Assembly (NCBI GenBank): GCA_030532645.1
Contig: JAUNKU010000001.1
Span: 1 to 55,259 of the forward strand
Length of the DNA stretch: 55,259 nucleotides
Direction of reading: 5' to 3'
From: Neisseria sp.
Lineage (GTDB): Bacteria; Pseudomonadota; Gammaproteobacteria; Burkholderiales; Neisseriaceae
Shown here: in pieces, positions 31,858 through 41,593 of the stretch
How the letters are laid out: the number at the start of each line of letters is the position of its first letter
Position numbering within the stretch: the stretch's first letter is position 1
The notes under the pieces: model-generated
The model's database searches: none
What the model saw: the letters and a program-made list of their open reading frames with translations, nothing else
What the model was told of the DNA's origin: nothing
Translations under genes and position numbers: made by a program

Positions 31858-31887
31858 AATATAGCACGTTTTAACAGTTGCGTTCAA
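31858..31887 (-). promoter_or_regulatory. Putative promoter directly driving rplC
   Basis: TTGAAC-N18-TATATT with TGn extension, about 90 nt upstream of rplC and downstream of the oxyR DUS hairpin. Confidence 0.55.
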
Positions 31888-31931
31888 GAATTTCTTTGTT
31901 TTCAAAGATAAACTTGCGCAACTTTACAACA

Positions 31932-32027
31932 AGGCCGTCTGAAAACCATAGGTATCTGCGAAGCTAAAATACAGCAAGAGAAAAGCGAAACAGAATTTCT
32001 TTGCCTCCCGTTGTTTTCAGACGGCCT
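31932..32027. terminator. Long-loop inverted DUS pair after oxyR, carrying one minirepeat unit
   Basis: 31932-31943 and 32016-32027. Confidence 0.55.
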
Positions 32028-32035
32028 TTAAAGCC

Positions 32036-32956
32036 TTAACTGCCGACAAAGCGTACACCGGCCAGCTGCGAAGAGATAATCGCCTGACGAATGGCATCAA
32101 GCGCTTTCGGTCGGACGAAGTTGCGGCGGTATGCCAAAGCAATACGGCGCTGTGGCGCTTGGTTTTCAAACGGAATAATGCTGAACAGCATATGGTCGTT
32201 TTCCGTCAGCGCCGTTGCCGGCAACACGCTGATGGCCAAACCGCTGGCCACCATATGGCGGATGGTATTGATGGAACTGCCTTGCAGCGTATTGGTCAAA
32301 CCGGCGATACGCTGACGGGCTGCCAATTCGGAGCAGCTGTCCAACACATTGTCGCGCATACAGTTACCCTCGGTCAGCAGCAGCACCTGCTCTTCGGCCA
32401 ACTGTTTCGGCGACACGGCATCCAGCTCTTCAAATGCGTGTCCTTTCGGCACAATCACGAAAAACGGCTCGTCATACAGCGGCTCGGTTACCACACCCGG
32501 CTCTTGGAAAGGCTCGGCCACCACCAAAGCATCCAAATCGCCGCGCTTCAATGCTTCGGTCAATGCCTGAGTATAATTTTCCTCCAACATCAACGGCATA
32601 TTCGGCGCAATATCGCGCAGCGACAAAATCAGCTTGGGCAGCAGATACGGTGCAACCGTAAAAATCAAACCCAGCTTGAACGCGCCTTCCAGCTCGTTCT
32701 GCTCTTCATTTGCCAACTGCTTGATCACTTCGGCTTCTTCCAGCACTTTGCGTGCCTGTGCCACAATCCGCTCGCCTGCTTCGGTGGTAATCACCTCATT
32801 GCTGCTGCGGTCGAACAACGATACAGCCAGCTCTTCTTCCAGCTTTTTAATGGCGATGGACAAGGTAGGCTGGCTGACGAAGCAACGCTGCGCCGCCCGC
32901 CCGAAATGACGTTCCTGAGCCACCGCAACAATGTAACGCAACTCGGTCAGTGTCAT
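32036..32956 (-). CDS. oxyR: LysR-family hydrogen peroxide sensor OxyR
   Basis: MTLTELRYIVAVA...VSQPTLS HTH and redox pair GNCMRDNVLDSC. Follows minE as in Neisseria. Confidence 0.94.
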   Translation of the reverse strand: MTLTELRYIVAVAQERHFGRAAQRCFVSQPTLSIAIKKLEEELAVSLFDRSSNEVITTEAGERIVAQARKVLEEAEVIKQLANEEQNELEGAFKLGLIFTVAPYLLPKLILSLRDIAPNMPLMLEENYTQALTEALKRGDLDALVVAEPFQEPGVVTEPLYDEPFFVIVPKGHAFEELDAVSPKQLAEEQVLLLTEGNCMRDNVLDSCSELAARQRIAGLTNTLQGSSINTIRHMVASGLAISVLPATALTENDHMLFSIIPFENQAPQRRIALAYRRNFVRPKALDAIRQAIISSQLAGVRFVGS

Positions 32957-32960
32957 ATTG

Positions 32961-33224
32961 TTAAGCCTTTTTTGCTTGATCCGGCAGAGTAATGTTCAGC
33001 TCCAATACGTCCAAGCCGTCTTGCTTCTCCTGAGAAATGCGGATGTCGTCCAACGATACGCTGACATACTTCGACAGTACTTCCAACAATTCTTTCTGCA
33101 AAGTCGGCAAATAATCGGGCGCCTGAGATTTCACACGCTCCTGCGCGATAATGATTTGCAGACGGTCGCGGGCAACGGCGGCGCTTTTCTGTTTTTTACC
33201 GAACAGTTTTTCAATCAGCGACAT
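32961..33224 (-). CDS. minE: Cell division topological specificity factor
   Basis: [17 protein letters not shown] and LELNITLP. Confidence 0.97.
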   Translation of the reverse strand: MSLIEKLFGKKQKSAAVARDRLQIIIAQERVKSQAPDYLPTLQKELLEVLSKYVSVSLDDIRISQEKQDGLDVLELNITLPDQAKKA

Positions 33225-33227
33225 CGC

Positions 33228-34040
33228 TTAACCTCCGAACAAGCGTTGGAAGAAGCCTTTTTTCTCGGCTTCGAGGAAACGCATTTCGCGGTTTTCGCCG
33301 AGCAGACGGGCAATCACGTCTTTATAGGCTTCGGCGGCAGGTACATCGTCCTGATGGATAACCGGAGAGCCAGCATTAGAAGCCTGCAAAACATTTTGCG
33401 ATTCGGGAATCACGCCGATTAACGGGATACGCAGAATATCGCAAATATCCTGTACCGACAGCATTTCGCCTTTTTCCACGCGGTCAGGCGAATAACGGGT
33501 AATCAGCAGATGTTCTTTTACGCTTTCGCCGTTTTCGGCTTTGCGCGATTTGCTTTGCAGAATGCCCAAAATGCGGTCGGAGTCGCGCACGCTGGATACT
33601 TCCGGATTGGTGGTGATAATGGCTTCGTCAGCGAAGTACAAGGCCATCAGTGCGCCTGCTTCGATACCGGCCGGCGAATCGCAAATCACGTACTCAAAGC
33701 CCATTTCGCCAGTCAGCTCATTCAATACTTTTTCCACACCTTCTTTGGTCAGCGCATCTTTGTCGCGCGTTTGCGAAGCCGGCAGAATGTAGAGATTGTC
33801 GCTGTGCTTGTCTTTAATCAGCGCTTGGTTCAAGGTTGCTTCGCCTTGAATCACGTTAATCAAATCGTATACCACTCGGCGTTCGCAACCCATAATCAAA
33901 TCCAGATTACGCAAGCCCACGTCAAAATCGATTACGGCAGTTTTGTGGCCGCGCAGGGCAAAACCGGTGGCAATGCTGGCGGAAGTTGTGGTTTTGCCCA
34001 CGCCGCCCTTGCCGGAAGTAACAACGATAATTTTAGACAC
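33228..34040 (-). CDS. minD: Septum site-determining ATPase
   Basis: TSGKGGVGKTT, DVGLRNLD and the C-terminal KGFFQRLFGG membrane helix. Confidence 0.98.
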   Translation of the reverse strand: MSKIIVVTSGKGGVGKTTTSASIATGFALRGHKTAVIDFDVGLRNLDLIMGCERRVVYDLINVIQGEATLNQALIKDKHSDNLYILPASQTRDKDALTKEGVEKVLNELTGEMGFEYVICDSPAGIEAGALMALYFADEAIITTNPEVSSVRDSDRILGILQSKSRKAENGESVKEHLLITRYSPDRVEKGEMLSVQDICDILRIPLIGVIPESQNVLQASNAGSPVIHQDDVPAAEAYKDVIARLLGENREMRFLEAEKKGFFQRLFGG

Positions 34041-34073
34041 GTTCTATCCTTTGTGTTTCAGTTAGTCAAATAC

Positions 34074-34769
34074 TTAATCACTAATCGCAGCCACAACCAA
34101 GCGGTCGTCCTGCAAATAAACCTGTACCGCGCGCTTATGCAGGTGTTCGGGCAAATCCTGCTCGAAATTGCGGTAAATACCGGCTACGGAAACCAGCTCC
34201 GCCTGCATCGAATGGATAAAAATCCGCGCGTCCTGCCGCCCGTCCGCACCGGCCAGCGCGCGTCCGCGCATTGCGGCATAAACGTGGATATTGCCGTCGG
34301 CAATGATTTCCGCGCCCTCGCTGACCACGCCGGTAACAATCAAATCCGCGCCTTCGGCATACACTTGCTGGCCGGTACGTATCGGCGTAGAAACAAATAC
34401 GGTCGGCCGCGCAATCGGCGTATCGGCGCCGGACGTTTTTTCAGACGGCCTGATTTCCTCCGCCTGCTTGCCTTCGCTTTGCACGCCCACGCCGCAGGCT
34501 TCGGCAACGGCCTGCCAAGCGGCGGCATTATCGTGCCGCAATGCTGCCAACACCAATCCTTTGCTGCGAATCAGTTCGACAACGGCGGCCACGTCCAAAT
34601 CAACAGGCGCATCAAATGCCGAACAGTCCAGCACTACCGGCTGTGCCAGCTCGGCATATTGCGCGGCTTTTTCTTCCAAAAAAGCAGAAATTTCAGACAA
34701 ATCCGCGCTCGCAGGCTTCAACGCCAGCGCGTGTATACGCGCAGATTTCACTTCAACAGCAGTTTTCAT
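34074..34769 (-). CDS. minC: Septum site-determining protein
   Basis: PIRTGQQVYA and ADGNIHVYAAMRGRALAG. ATG at 34769. Confidence 0.95.
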   Translation of the reverse strand: MKTAVEVKSARIHALALKPASADLSEISAFLEEKAAQYAELAQPVVLDCSAFDAPVDLDVAAVVELIRSKGLVLAALRHDNAAAWQAVAEACGVGVQSEGKQAEEIRPSEKTSGADTPIARPTVFVSTPIRTGQQVYAEGADLIVTGVVSEGAEIIADGNIHVYAAMRGRALAGADGRQDARIFIHSMQAELVSVAGIYRNFEQDLPEHLHKRAVQVYLQDDRLVVAAISD

Positions 34770-34889
34770 TGTATGCCGACTCAATAAAAATTTTCAATAA
34801 GCAGAAGTTTACCCTTCCGCCTTCTCCGCTTCAATCGTTTGCACGGCTTTTTACGCTTTTCGGGGCGCAAGCAACAAATGCCGTTAAAA

Positions 34890-34960
34890 AGGCCGTCTGA
34901 AAAACAGCATTTTCAGACGGCCTCAAAACCAAACGGACGGCCTGTAAAAAGCCGTCCGTT
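34890..34960 (-). terminator. Composite terminator after terC: AACGGACGGC hairpin plus DUS pair
   Basis: Perfect 10-bp stem 34932-34941/34951-34960 and DUS 34890-34901/34912-34923. Confidence 0.72.
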
Positions 34961-34973
34961 CCAATCAAGATTT

Positions 34974-35960
34974 TTATTCTGCTTTGCTCTGCTCCGCTTT
35001 CAGGCGTTTGCTGTACACGAGGGAAGTTAAAATCGAAGCGCCCAGAGCACCGAATACCACCGCCAGCGATACGGAAACGGGAATGTGTATCCAGTGCATA
35101 ATCAGCATTTTGATACCGATAAAGCTCAATACAAACGCCAAACCGTAGTTCAGAAAAATAAAGCGATCGGCCATATCCGCCAGCAGGAAATACATCGCGC
35201 GCAGGCCGAGAATGGCGAAGATGTTGGAAGTGAGCACGATAAACGGATCGGTGGTTACGGCAAAAATCGCTGGAATGCTGTCCACCGCAAACACGACATC
35301 ACTCAACTCCACCATAATCAGCACCAGCAACAGCGGCGTGGCGATACGCTTGCCGTTTTCCACGGTAAAGAATTTTTCACCGTCGAGCTGTTCGCTGACT
35401 TTGATGCGTTTTTTCAGCCATACCAACATTTTGTTATCGGCCATTTCCTGTTCATCATTATCGCCATCAGTGTGCTTAATCATTTTGATGCCGGTGTAAA
35501 GCAGGAATGCGCCGAAGAGGTACAATATCCATTGGAATTCGCTGACCAAAACAGCACCAATCGAAATCATAATTACGCGTAGCACAATCGCGCCGAATAC
35601 GCCGTAAAGCAAAACGCGGTGCTGGTATTTCGCCGGTACTTTGAAATAGCTGAAAATCATCAGGAACACAAACAAATTGTCCACTGCCAGCGATTTTTCC
35701 AACACATAGCCGGTAAAATATTCCATTACCTTGGTTTTCGCCATTTCTTCGCCGTAGCTGCCGGAAAGCTCCCAATACAGCCAGCCGGCAAACAGGCAGG
35801 ATACGCCAACCCACAATGCCGACCAAATCAACGCCTCTTTCGCGCTGACTTTATGCTCACCTGTTTTTTTCAACGACAGCATATCGATGCCGATCATCAG
35901 CAAGACGGCAATAAAAAACACGCCGTAAAACAACGGCGAGCCAATATTCGGTTCAATCAT
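34974..35960 (-). CDS. TerC/Alx-family membrane protein
   Basis: GYVLEKSLAVDNLFVF, QHRVLLYG and ELSDVVFAVDSIPAIFA motifs. Confidence 0.93.
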   Translation of the reverse strand: MIEPNIGSPLFYGVFFIAVLLMIGIDMLSLKKTGEHKVSAKEALIWSALWVGVSCLFAGWLYWELSGSYGEEMAKTKVMEYFTGYVLEKSLAVDNLFVFLMIFSYFKVPAKYQHRVLLYGVFGAIVLRVIMISIGAVLVSEFQWILYLFGAFLLYTGIKMIKHTDGDNDEQEMADNKMLVWLKKRIKVSEQLDGEKFFTVENGKRIATPLLLVLIMVELSDVVFAVDSIPAIFAVTTDPFIVLTSNIFAILGLRAMYFLLADMADRFIFLNYGLAFVLSFIGIKMLIMHWIHIPVSVSLAVVFGALGASILTSLVYSKRLKAEQSKAE

Positions 35961-35985
35961 TTTCTTCTCTTTAATTTAATTGTAG

Positions 35986-36029
35986 AAAAATCCGCCGCTT
36001 CCTAGACGGAACGACGGCGGATTCTATCA
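35986..36029 (-). promoter_or_regulatory. Terminator-like hairpin overlapped by an extended -10 (TG-A-TAGAAT) upstream of terC
   Basis: AATCCGCCG...CGGCGGATT stem with U-run on the minus strand. -10 at 36021-36026. Confidence 0.5.
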
Positions 36030-36077
36030 CGGCAAACAAAGCTTCCTGCTGTGCAAACACTTTTTTACACAGCCTTC

Positions 36078-36524
36078 TCAACCGAGATAAAACATCGTTT
36101 TCGCCAGCAGCACAATCAAAATCATCTGCACCAACACCGCCGTATGGATATAGCGCGACCACGCTTTGTTCATCGTACCTTTGCGGATTTTCGTTACCGC
36201 GATAACAAAATGCAGCAACACGCCGCAAGCCAGCAGAATTTTCAAGGCCAGCTGTATGCCGAATGCCGAAGCAGACGGATCGGCCAGCACAGGCAGCCAG
36301 CGCACCACCGCCATCGTAATGCCCGAGACGAATACGCCCAACACCACAAAGGGCATTACCTTCGCCGCCCGCCGTGCCACCGTTTGCTCCGCCTGCCGCC
36401 GCACTTCTTTCGGCAACGTGCCTTTGTGCAGCGCACTCAACACCAAAGCCTCGAAAAATACGCCGCCGACAAAAACCAGCGCGCAAAACAAATGCACAAT
36501 ATGCGCCAGTGCATAAGACGACAT
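36078..36524 (-). CDS. CopD-like 4-TM membrane protein
   Basis: AHIVHLFCALVFVGGVFFE, VMPFVV, LKILLA and YIH. Recalled as matching a conserved Neisseria CopD-family protein. Confidence 0.78.
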   Translation of the reverse strand: MSSYALAHIVHLFCALVFVGGVFFEALVLSALHKGTLPKEVRRQAEQTVARRAAKVMPFVVLGVFVSGITMAVVRWLPVLADPSASAFGIQLALKILLACGVLLHFVIAVTKIRKGTMNKAWSRYIHTAVLVQMILIVLLAKTMFYLG

Positions 36525-36542
36525 TGCCTTTCCCCCTAAAAA

Positions 36543-36680
36543 TCAGCGCACCCGTGTATGGGATATTTCCACACCGCTTTTGATTTCACCGTAAAACGTA
36601 TTGCTGCCCGAGCTGCTGCCTGAATAAGTGCTGCACGCAGCGAGCAAGCTGATTAAGATTGCGGATAAAATGGTTTTCAT
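36543..36680 (-). CDS. Small lipoprotein (45 aa), absent from the ORF track
   Basis: Translated by hand: MKTILSAILISLLAAC-STYSGSSSGSNTFYGEIKSGVEISHTRVR. LAAC lipobox, GAAGGA RBS, and stop 18 nt before the next ATG. Confidence 0.8.
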   Translation of the reverse strand: MKTILSAILISLLAACSTYSGSSSGSNTFYGEIKSGVEISHTRVR

Positions 36681-36817
36681 CGTTTTTCCTTCTGTTTTCA
36701 GACGGCCTTTGCAAGATTGAGGCCGTCTGAAAATAATGTTTTCGGAATGCTTTCTGATCGCCGATATAGGCTCTTCGCTCTGCTTAACACAGCAGCCGAA
36801 CCGTTTTTCAGACGACC

Positions 36818-37948
36818 TCAGCCCTGCACGGCCATATTGTCGCGGTGCATCAGCTCTTCTTCGTTGACATAGCCGAGCTTGGCGGCAATTTCATCCGACG
36901 GCGTTTGCAGGATTTTTGCCGTTTCGGCACTGCTGTAATTGACCAAACCGCGTGCGATTTCGCGGCCTTCGGTGTTGAACACAGCAACCAGTTCGCCACG
37001 GTGAAAATGGCCGTCCACACGCACGCAGCCGACAGGCAGCAGGCTGCTGTTGCGCTCGACCAAAGCCCGCTCCGCGCCGCTGTCCACCGTAATCCGGCCG
37101 GCTTGCTGGATATGGCCGAGCAGCCATTGTTTCCGTGCCGCCACACGGCTTTGGCCGCTGGTAAACAGCGTTCCAATATGTTCGCCTTGCAACAGACGCA
37201 GCAACACATCGCGTTCACGGCCGGACGCAACCACGGTTGCCGCACCGCTCAACGCCGCCCGTTTGGCTGCGCGGACTTTGGTGTACATACCGCCTGTTCC
37301 TACACCCGTGCCTGCGCCGCCCGCCATTTTTTCCAGCTCGGGATGTTCGGCCTCGATTTCGCTGATAAACACCGCATTCGGATTGCTGCGCGGATCGCTG
37401 TCATACAAACCGCTTTGGTCGGTCAGGATAATCAGCGCATCGGCATCGGTTAAATTCGTTACCAATGCACCCAGCGTGTCGTTGTCGCCGAGTTTGATTT
37501 CATCGGTGGTTACCGTATCGTTTTCATTGATAATTGGTACGATGCCTTTTTCCAACAAGGTTTTCAGCGTACTGCGCGCATTTAGGTAGCGCGTGCGGTT
37601 GCTCATATCTTCGTGGGTCAGCAGGATTTGTGCGGTATGCACGCCGTGCGGACGGAACGCGGTTTCATACGCTTGCGCGATGCCCATTTGGCCGACTGCC
37701 GCCGCAGCCTGCAATTCGTTCAAGGCTTTCGGGCGTTTCGGCCAACCCAAGCGTTTGATGCCTTCGGCAATCGCGCCGCTGGACACAAACACCACATCTA
37801 TGCCGCCGTTTTTCAGCGCAACAATCTGCTCCGCCCAACGGTTCAGCGCGGCTTGGTCGATACCCTGCCCCTCGGCCGTTACCAAGCTCGAACCGACTTT
37901 CACCACCACTAATTTGGCTTGTTGCAGCAAACTGCGGACTGCTCCCAT
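36818..37948 (-). CDS. proB: Glutamate 5-kinase with PUA domain
   Basis: VVKVGSS, VSSGAIA, INENDTV, GDNDTL and GTGGMYTK. Confidence 0.97.
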   Translation of the reverse strand: MGAVRSLLQQAKLVVVKVGSSLVTAEGQGIDQAALNRWAEQIVALKNGGIDVVFVSSGAIAEGIKRLGWPKRPKALNELQAAAAVGQMGIAQAYETAFRPHGVHTAQILLTHEDMSNRTRYLNARSTLKTLLEKGIVPIINENDTVTTDEIKLGDNDTLGALVTNLTDADALIILTDQSGLYDSDPRSNPNAVFISEIEAEHPELEKMAGGAGTGVGTGGMYTKVRAAKRAALSGAATVVASGRERDVLLRLLQGEHIGTLFTSGQSRVAARKQWLLGHIQQAGRITVDSGAERALVERNSSLLPVGCVRVDGHFHRGELVAVFNTEGREIARGLVNYSSAETAKILQTPSDEIAAKLGYVNEEELMHRDNMAVQG

Positions 37949-38067
37949 TTTTTATTCTCCTGATGTTGTGCGGCATTCAACCGCTTACCGCCAAGGCCGT
38001 CTGAATATCCGGCCTTGTGAAAACTGCCGCCTAATCTTCCCGGCAACAGCTTCAAACCAGCCGGATT

Positions 38068-38367
38068 TTATTCCTTATTCCGTGCTGTCCAAAAATAGCG
38101 CACCACGAAACCGGGAAATGCCGCCACCAAATACAGGCAGGCAACGGTAACGTAAAACGCCCAACCTTGCGTATGTACCTGTCCGGCACGGCTTTCCAGC
38201 AGATACGCTAAGCCGAGCGTCAGCAGAAAACCAACAGCAATTTCCAGCAAATGATGGCCGATGTGCTTGGCGGCCAATTTTTTCAAGCCGAACAGTTTGC
38301 CAGTAGCAAACGGGGCATTGGCAAAAATCAGTGCCAATACAATGAGGATATACATAGAAGCAGTCAT
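38068..38367 (-). CDS. DUF2818-family small membrane protein
   Basis: ANAPF, LESRAGQVHTQGWAFY and AFPGFVVRY. Position after nuoN is usual in betaproteobacteria. Confidence 0.82.
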   Translation of the reverse strand: MTASMYILIVLALIFANAPFATGKLFGLKKLAAKHIGHHLLEIAVGFLLTLGLAYLLESRAGQVHTQGWAFYVTVACLYLVAAFPGFVVRYFWTARNKE

Positions 38368-38596
38368 AATAAGCTTTCCGGAAACAGCGGTTTATCGGTC
38401 TGCAAACGGCCGGACAGGCCGTCTGAAAATACGCCTCGCAGCCTACTCAATACCACCGAAACAGCCGTCCGTTATTATCAGATAAATAATCTGCGGCATT
38501 ATATATCAAGCCTGAGCGCGGTACATAACAAAGCCCCCTGAATGCAAGCAGCATTTCAGGGAGCTTGTGATTTCAAACCGTTTTTTTCAGACGGCC

Positions 38597-40039
38597 TTAC
38601 AGGGTATGTTGCAAAGCACGCAGACACCAATCCATTACGCTTTGCGGCAATACGCCCCAAACCAGCAGCAATACGGCGTTTACAGACAACAGGACTTTCG
38701 CACCCATACTGCTTTCCGGCAGGCTCTCGCGCTCGGCTGTGTCGAAATAAATCGCTTTAACCACTCGCAGATAGTAGAACGCGCCGACCAAGCTCATAAT
38801 CACGGCAAATACCGACAGCCAGATATAGCCTTCGCCCAACAATGCTTTAATCACGCTGAATTTGGCGTAAAAACCCATCAGCGGCGGAATGCCGGCCATA
38901 CTGAACATTACCAGCAGCATCAGGAAAGCATACCAAGCATTACGCTGGTTCAAACCGGCCAAGTCGCTGACGTTTTCGCATTCGTGGTTTTCATCGGACA
39001 ACAGCATCAAAATACCGAAGCCTACCAAACCCATCAGAACATAAGTCAGCGCGTAGTACAGCGCGGAGGCATAGCCCAATGTACCGCCCATAAAGGCCAG
39101 CATAATGAAGCCCATATGGGAAATGGTCGAATAGGCCAGCATACGTTTGATATTGGTCTGCATAATCGCAGCCAAGTTACCCACCAGCAACGATACAACA
39201 GCCAAAATCGCCAGCATTTGCGACCAATCGCCTGCTTCCGTACCCAAAGCGTTTACCAAAATGCGGTAAGTAAAGGCAACGGCAGCAATTTTCGGCGCAC
39301 TGCCGACAAAAGCAGCAACCGAAGTCGGCGCACCTTGATACACATCAGGCACCCACATATGGAAAGGTACTGCACCCAATTTAAAGGCAATCGCCACCAG
39401 AACAAATACCAAGCCGAGTTTCAACAACCAAGGATTGTCGGAACCGCTGTGCGCCTGTGCCAATACGGTAGCGAAGTCCAGAGAACCGGTTGCACCGTAA
39501 ACCAGAGAAATACCGTAAAGCAGTAAGCCGGAAGCCAGCGCACCCAATACAAAATATTTCAAAGCCGCTTCGGCCGCATTAGCTGCATCACGACGCAATG
39601 CAATCATTGCATAAAGCGAGAGCGACAACAGTTCCAAACCGATATAAGCAGTCAGGAAGTGACCCGCACTGGCCATCACGCCCATACCGATCAACGCAAA
39701 CAGCGACAAAGTATAAAACTCGCCTTTGAAAATACCGCGCAGCTGGTTATACGGACGGGCATAAACAAACAAAGCAAATACTGCGCCATACATTACCATT
39801 TTAGCAGTTTGGGAAAGGCCGTCTGAAAGATACATACCGCTGAATGTGGATACGCTTTCGTTCGTCCAAACCAAAGCTTGCGTTACGGCAGTCAAAACAA
39901 CCGCCAGCAGGCTCAAATAGTGGGTAATGTAACGCCGGCCTTCGTCCAGCCACAAATCCACCAGCAACACCACGCCCAGTGCCGACAGCAAAACAATCTC
40001 AGGCATGGCGGGGATTAAGTTCAAATCATTCCAGTTCAT
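38597..40039 (-). CDS. nuoN: NADH-quinone oxidoreductase subunit N
   Basis: EAALKYF, FKLGAVPFHMWVPDVY and operon order. Confidence 0.97.
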   Translation of the reverse strand: MNWNDLNLIPAMPEIVLLSALGVVLLVDLWLDEGRRYITHYLSLLAVVLTAVTQALVWTNESVSTFSGMYLSDGLSQTAKMVMYGAVFALFVYARPYNQLRGIFKGEFYTLSLFALIGMGVMASAGHFLTAYIGLELLSLSLYAMIALRRDAANAAEAALKYFVLGALASGLLLYGISLVYGATGSLDFATVLAQAHSGSDNPWLLKLGLVFVLVAIAFKLGAVPFHMWVPDVYQGAPTSVAAFVGSAPKIAAVAFTYRILVNALGTEAGDWSQMLAILAVVSLLVGNLAAIMQTNIKRMLAYSTISHMGFIMLAFMGGTLGYASALYYALTYVLMGLVGFGILMLLSDENHECENVSDLAGLNQRNAWYAFLMLLVMFSMAGIPPLMGFYAKFSVIKALLGEGYIWLSVFAVIMSLVGAFYYLRVVKAIYFDTAERESLPESSMGAKVLLSVNAVLLLVWGVLPQSVMDWCLRALQHTL

Positions 40040-40048
40040 TCACACACC

Positions 40049-41557
40049 TCAAATTTTGCTTTGCGCCACTTGGGCAATCAAATCGTTGGCCGCCTGATGA
40101 ATTACTTCGATAAACGGCTGCGGCCACAAGCCCATACCGAGCACAGCGAAAGCCAAAACAGCCAATACAGCAAACTCTCGGCAGTTGATGTCTTTCAGCT
40201 CTTTCACTTCCGGATTGGTAATTTCACCGAAGATGGTGCGTTTGTACATCCACAAAGTGTAGGCTGCGCCGAAAATCAGCGTCAGGGCGGCAAGTGCGCC
40301 GATAAACAGGTTGTAACGGGTTGCACCCATAATCACCATAAATTCGCCAACGAAACCAGAAGTAGCAGGCAAACCGGCATTGGCCATTGCAAACAGCATC
40401 ATAAAGGCCGCGAATTTCGGCATCACATTCACGACACCGCCGTAATCAGCGATATTGCGCGTGTGCAGGCGGTCGTACATTACACCAATACACATAAACA
40501 TTGCGGCGGAAACAAAACCGTGCGAAATCATCTGCATAATCGCACCTTTCAGCGCCCAAGGTTCCAACATATTGCCGGCATCGCCGATAAACAGGAAGAA
40601 ACCCAAGGTAACAAAACCCATATGGCTGATGGAAGAATAAGCCACCAGTTTTTTCATATCGGTCTGCACCAAAGCCACCATACCGATGTAAATCACCGCA
40701 ATCAGGCTCAATACGATAACCGCAGGAGCGAAATAACGAGAAGCATCAGGCGCAATCGGCAGAATGAAACGCAAGAAACCGTACGCACCGATTTTCAGCG
40801 TAATCGCCGCCAGCACCATCGAACCGCCGGTCGGGGCTTCAACGTGCGCATCTGGCAGCCAAGTATGCACAGGGAACATCGGCACTTTCACGGCAAACGA
40901 CAGGAAGAATGCGATGAACAGGAGCTGCTGGATACCCAACGGAATCTGTTTCAGATTTTGGAAATCGGTAATCGCAAAGCTGCCGCCGGTTTGATAAGAC
41001 AGGTAAACCATTGCAACCAGCATCAGCAGAGAGCCGAGCAAGGTGTAGAGGAACAGCTTAACGGAAGCGTACACACGGCGCGGGCCGCCCCACATACCGA
41101 TAATCAGATACAGCGGAATCAGCATACCTTCGAAGAACACGTAGAACAAAATCGCGTCCATCGCAGCAAATGCGCCGTTAATCAAACCCGACATAATCAG
41201 GAAAGCCGCCATATACTGCGCCGCGCGTTTCTGAATCACTTCCCAGCCTGCCAGCACCACCATCAAAGTGATAAAGGCATTCAGGATGATGAACAGCACG
41301 GAGATGCCGTCCACACCCAAAGCGTAGTTGATGTTCAGCGAAGGAATCCATTCATAGAATTCCACGAATTGGTAGCCGCCGCTCAAACGGTTGAAACCGG
41401 TAAATAAAGGCAGCGTAACCAAGAAACCGGCCAAGGCACCGATAAAGGCCAAGATGCGCGCCAACGGAGCACGGCTGTCTGATCCTGTTGCCAAGACCAG
41501 CACACCCGCAAGAACCGGCACCCAAATTGCCCAGCTCAATAAATGATTTAAAAACAT
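40049..41557 (-). CDS. nuoM: NADH-quinone oxidoreductase subunit M
   Basis: VKVPMFPVHTWLPDAHVEAP. Confidence 0.97.
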   Translation of the reverse strand: MFLNHLLSWAIWVPVLAGVLVLATGSDSRAPLARILAFIGALAGFLVTLPLFTGFNRLSGGYQFVEFYEWIPSLNINYALGVDGISVLFIILNAFITLMVVLAGWEVIQKRAAQYMAAFLIMSGLINGAFAAMDAILFYVFFEGMLIPLYLIIGMWGGPRRVYASVKLFLYTLLGSLLMLVAMVYLSYQTGGSFAITDFQNLKQIPLGIQQLLFIAFFLSFAVKVPMFPVHTWLPDAHVEAPTGGSMVLAAITLKIGAYGFLRFILPIAPDASRYFAPAVIVLSLIAVIYIGMVALVQTDMKKLVAYSSISHMGFVTLGFFLFIGDAGNMLEPWALKGAIMQMISHGFVSAAMFMCIGVMYDRLHTRNIADYGGVVNVMPKFAAFMMLFAMANAGLPATSGFVGEFMVIMGATRYNLFIGALAALTLIFGAAYTLWMYKRTIFGEITNPEVKELKDINCREFAVLAVLAFAVLGMGLWPQPFIEVIHQAANDLIAQVAQSKI

Positions 41558-41593
41558 AGTGATAACCTGTTTTCCGAATATAAATTCTTGCCT

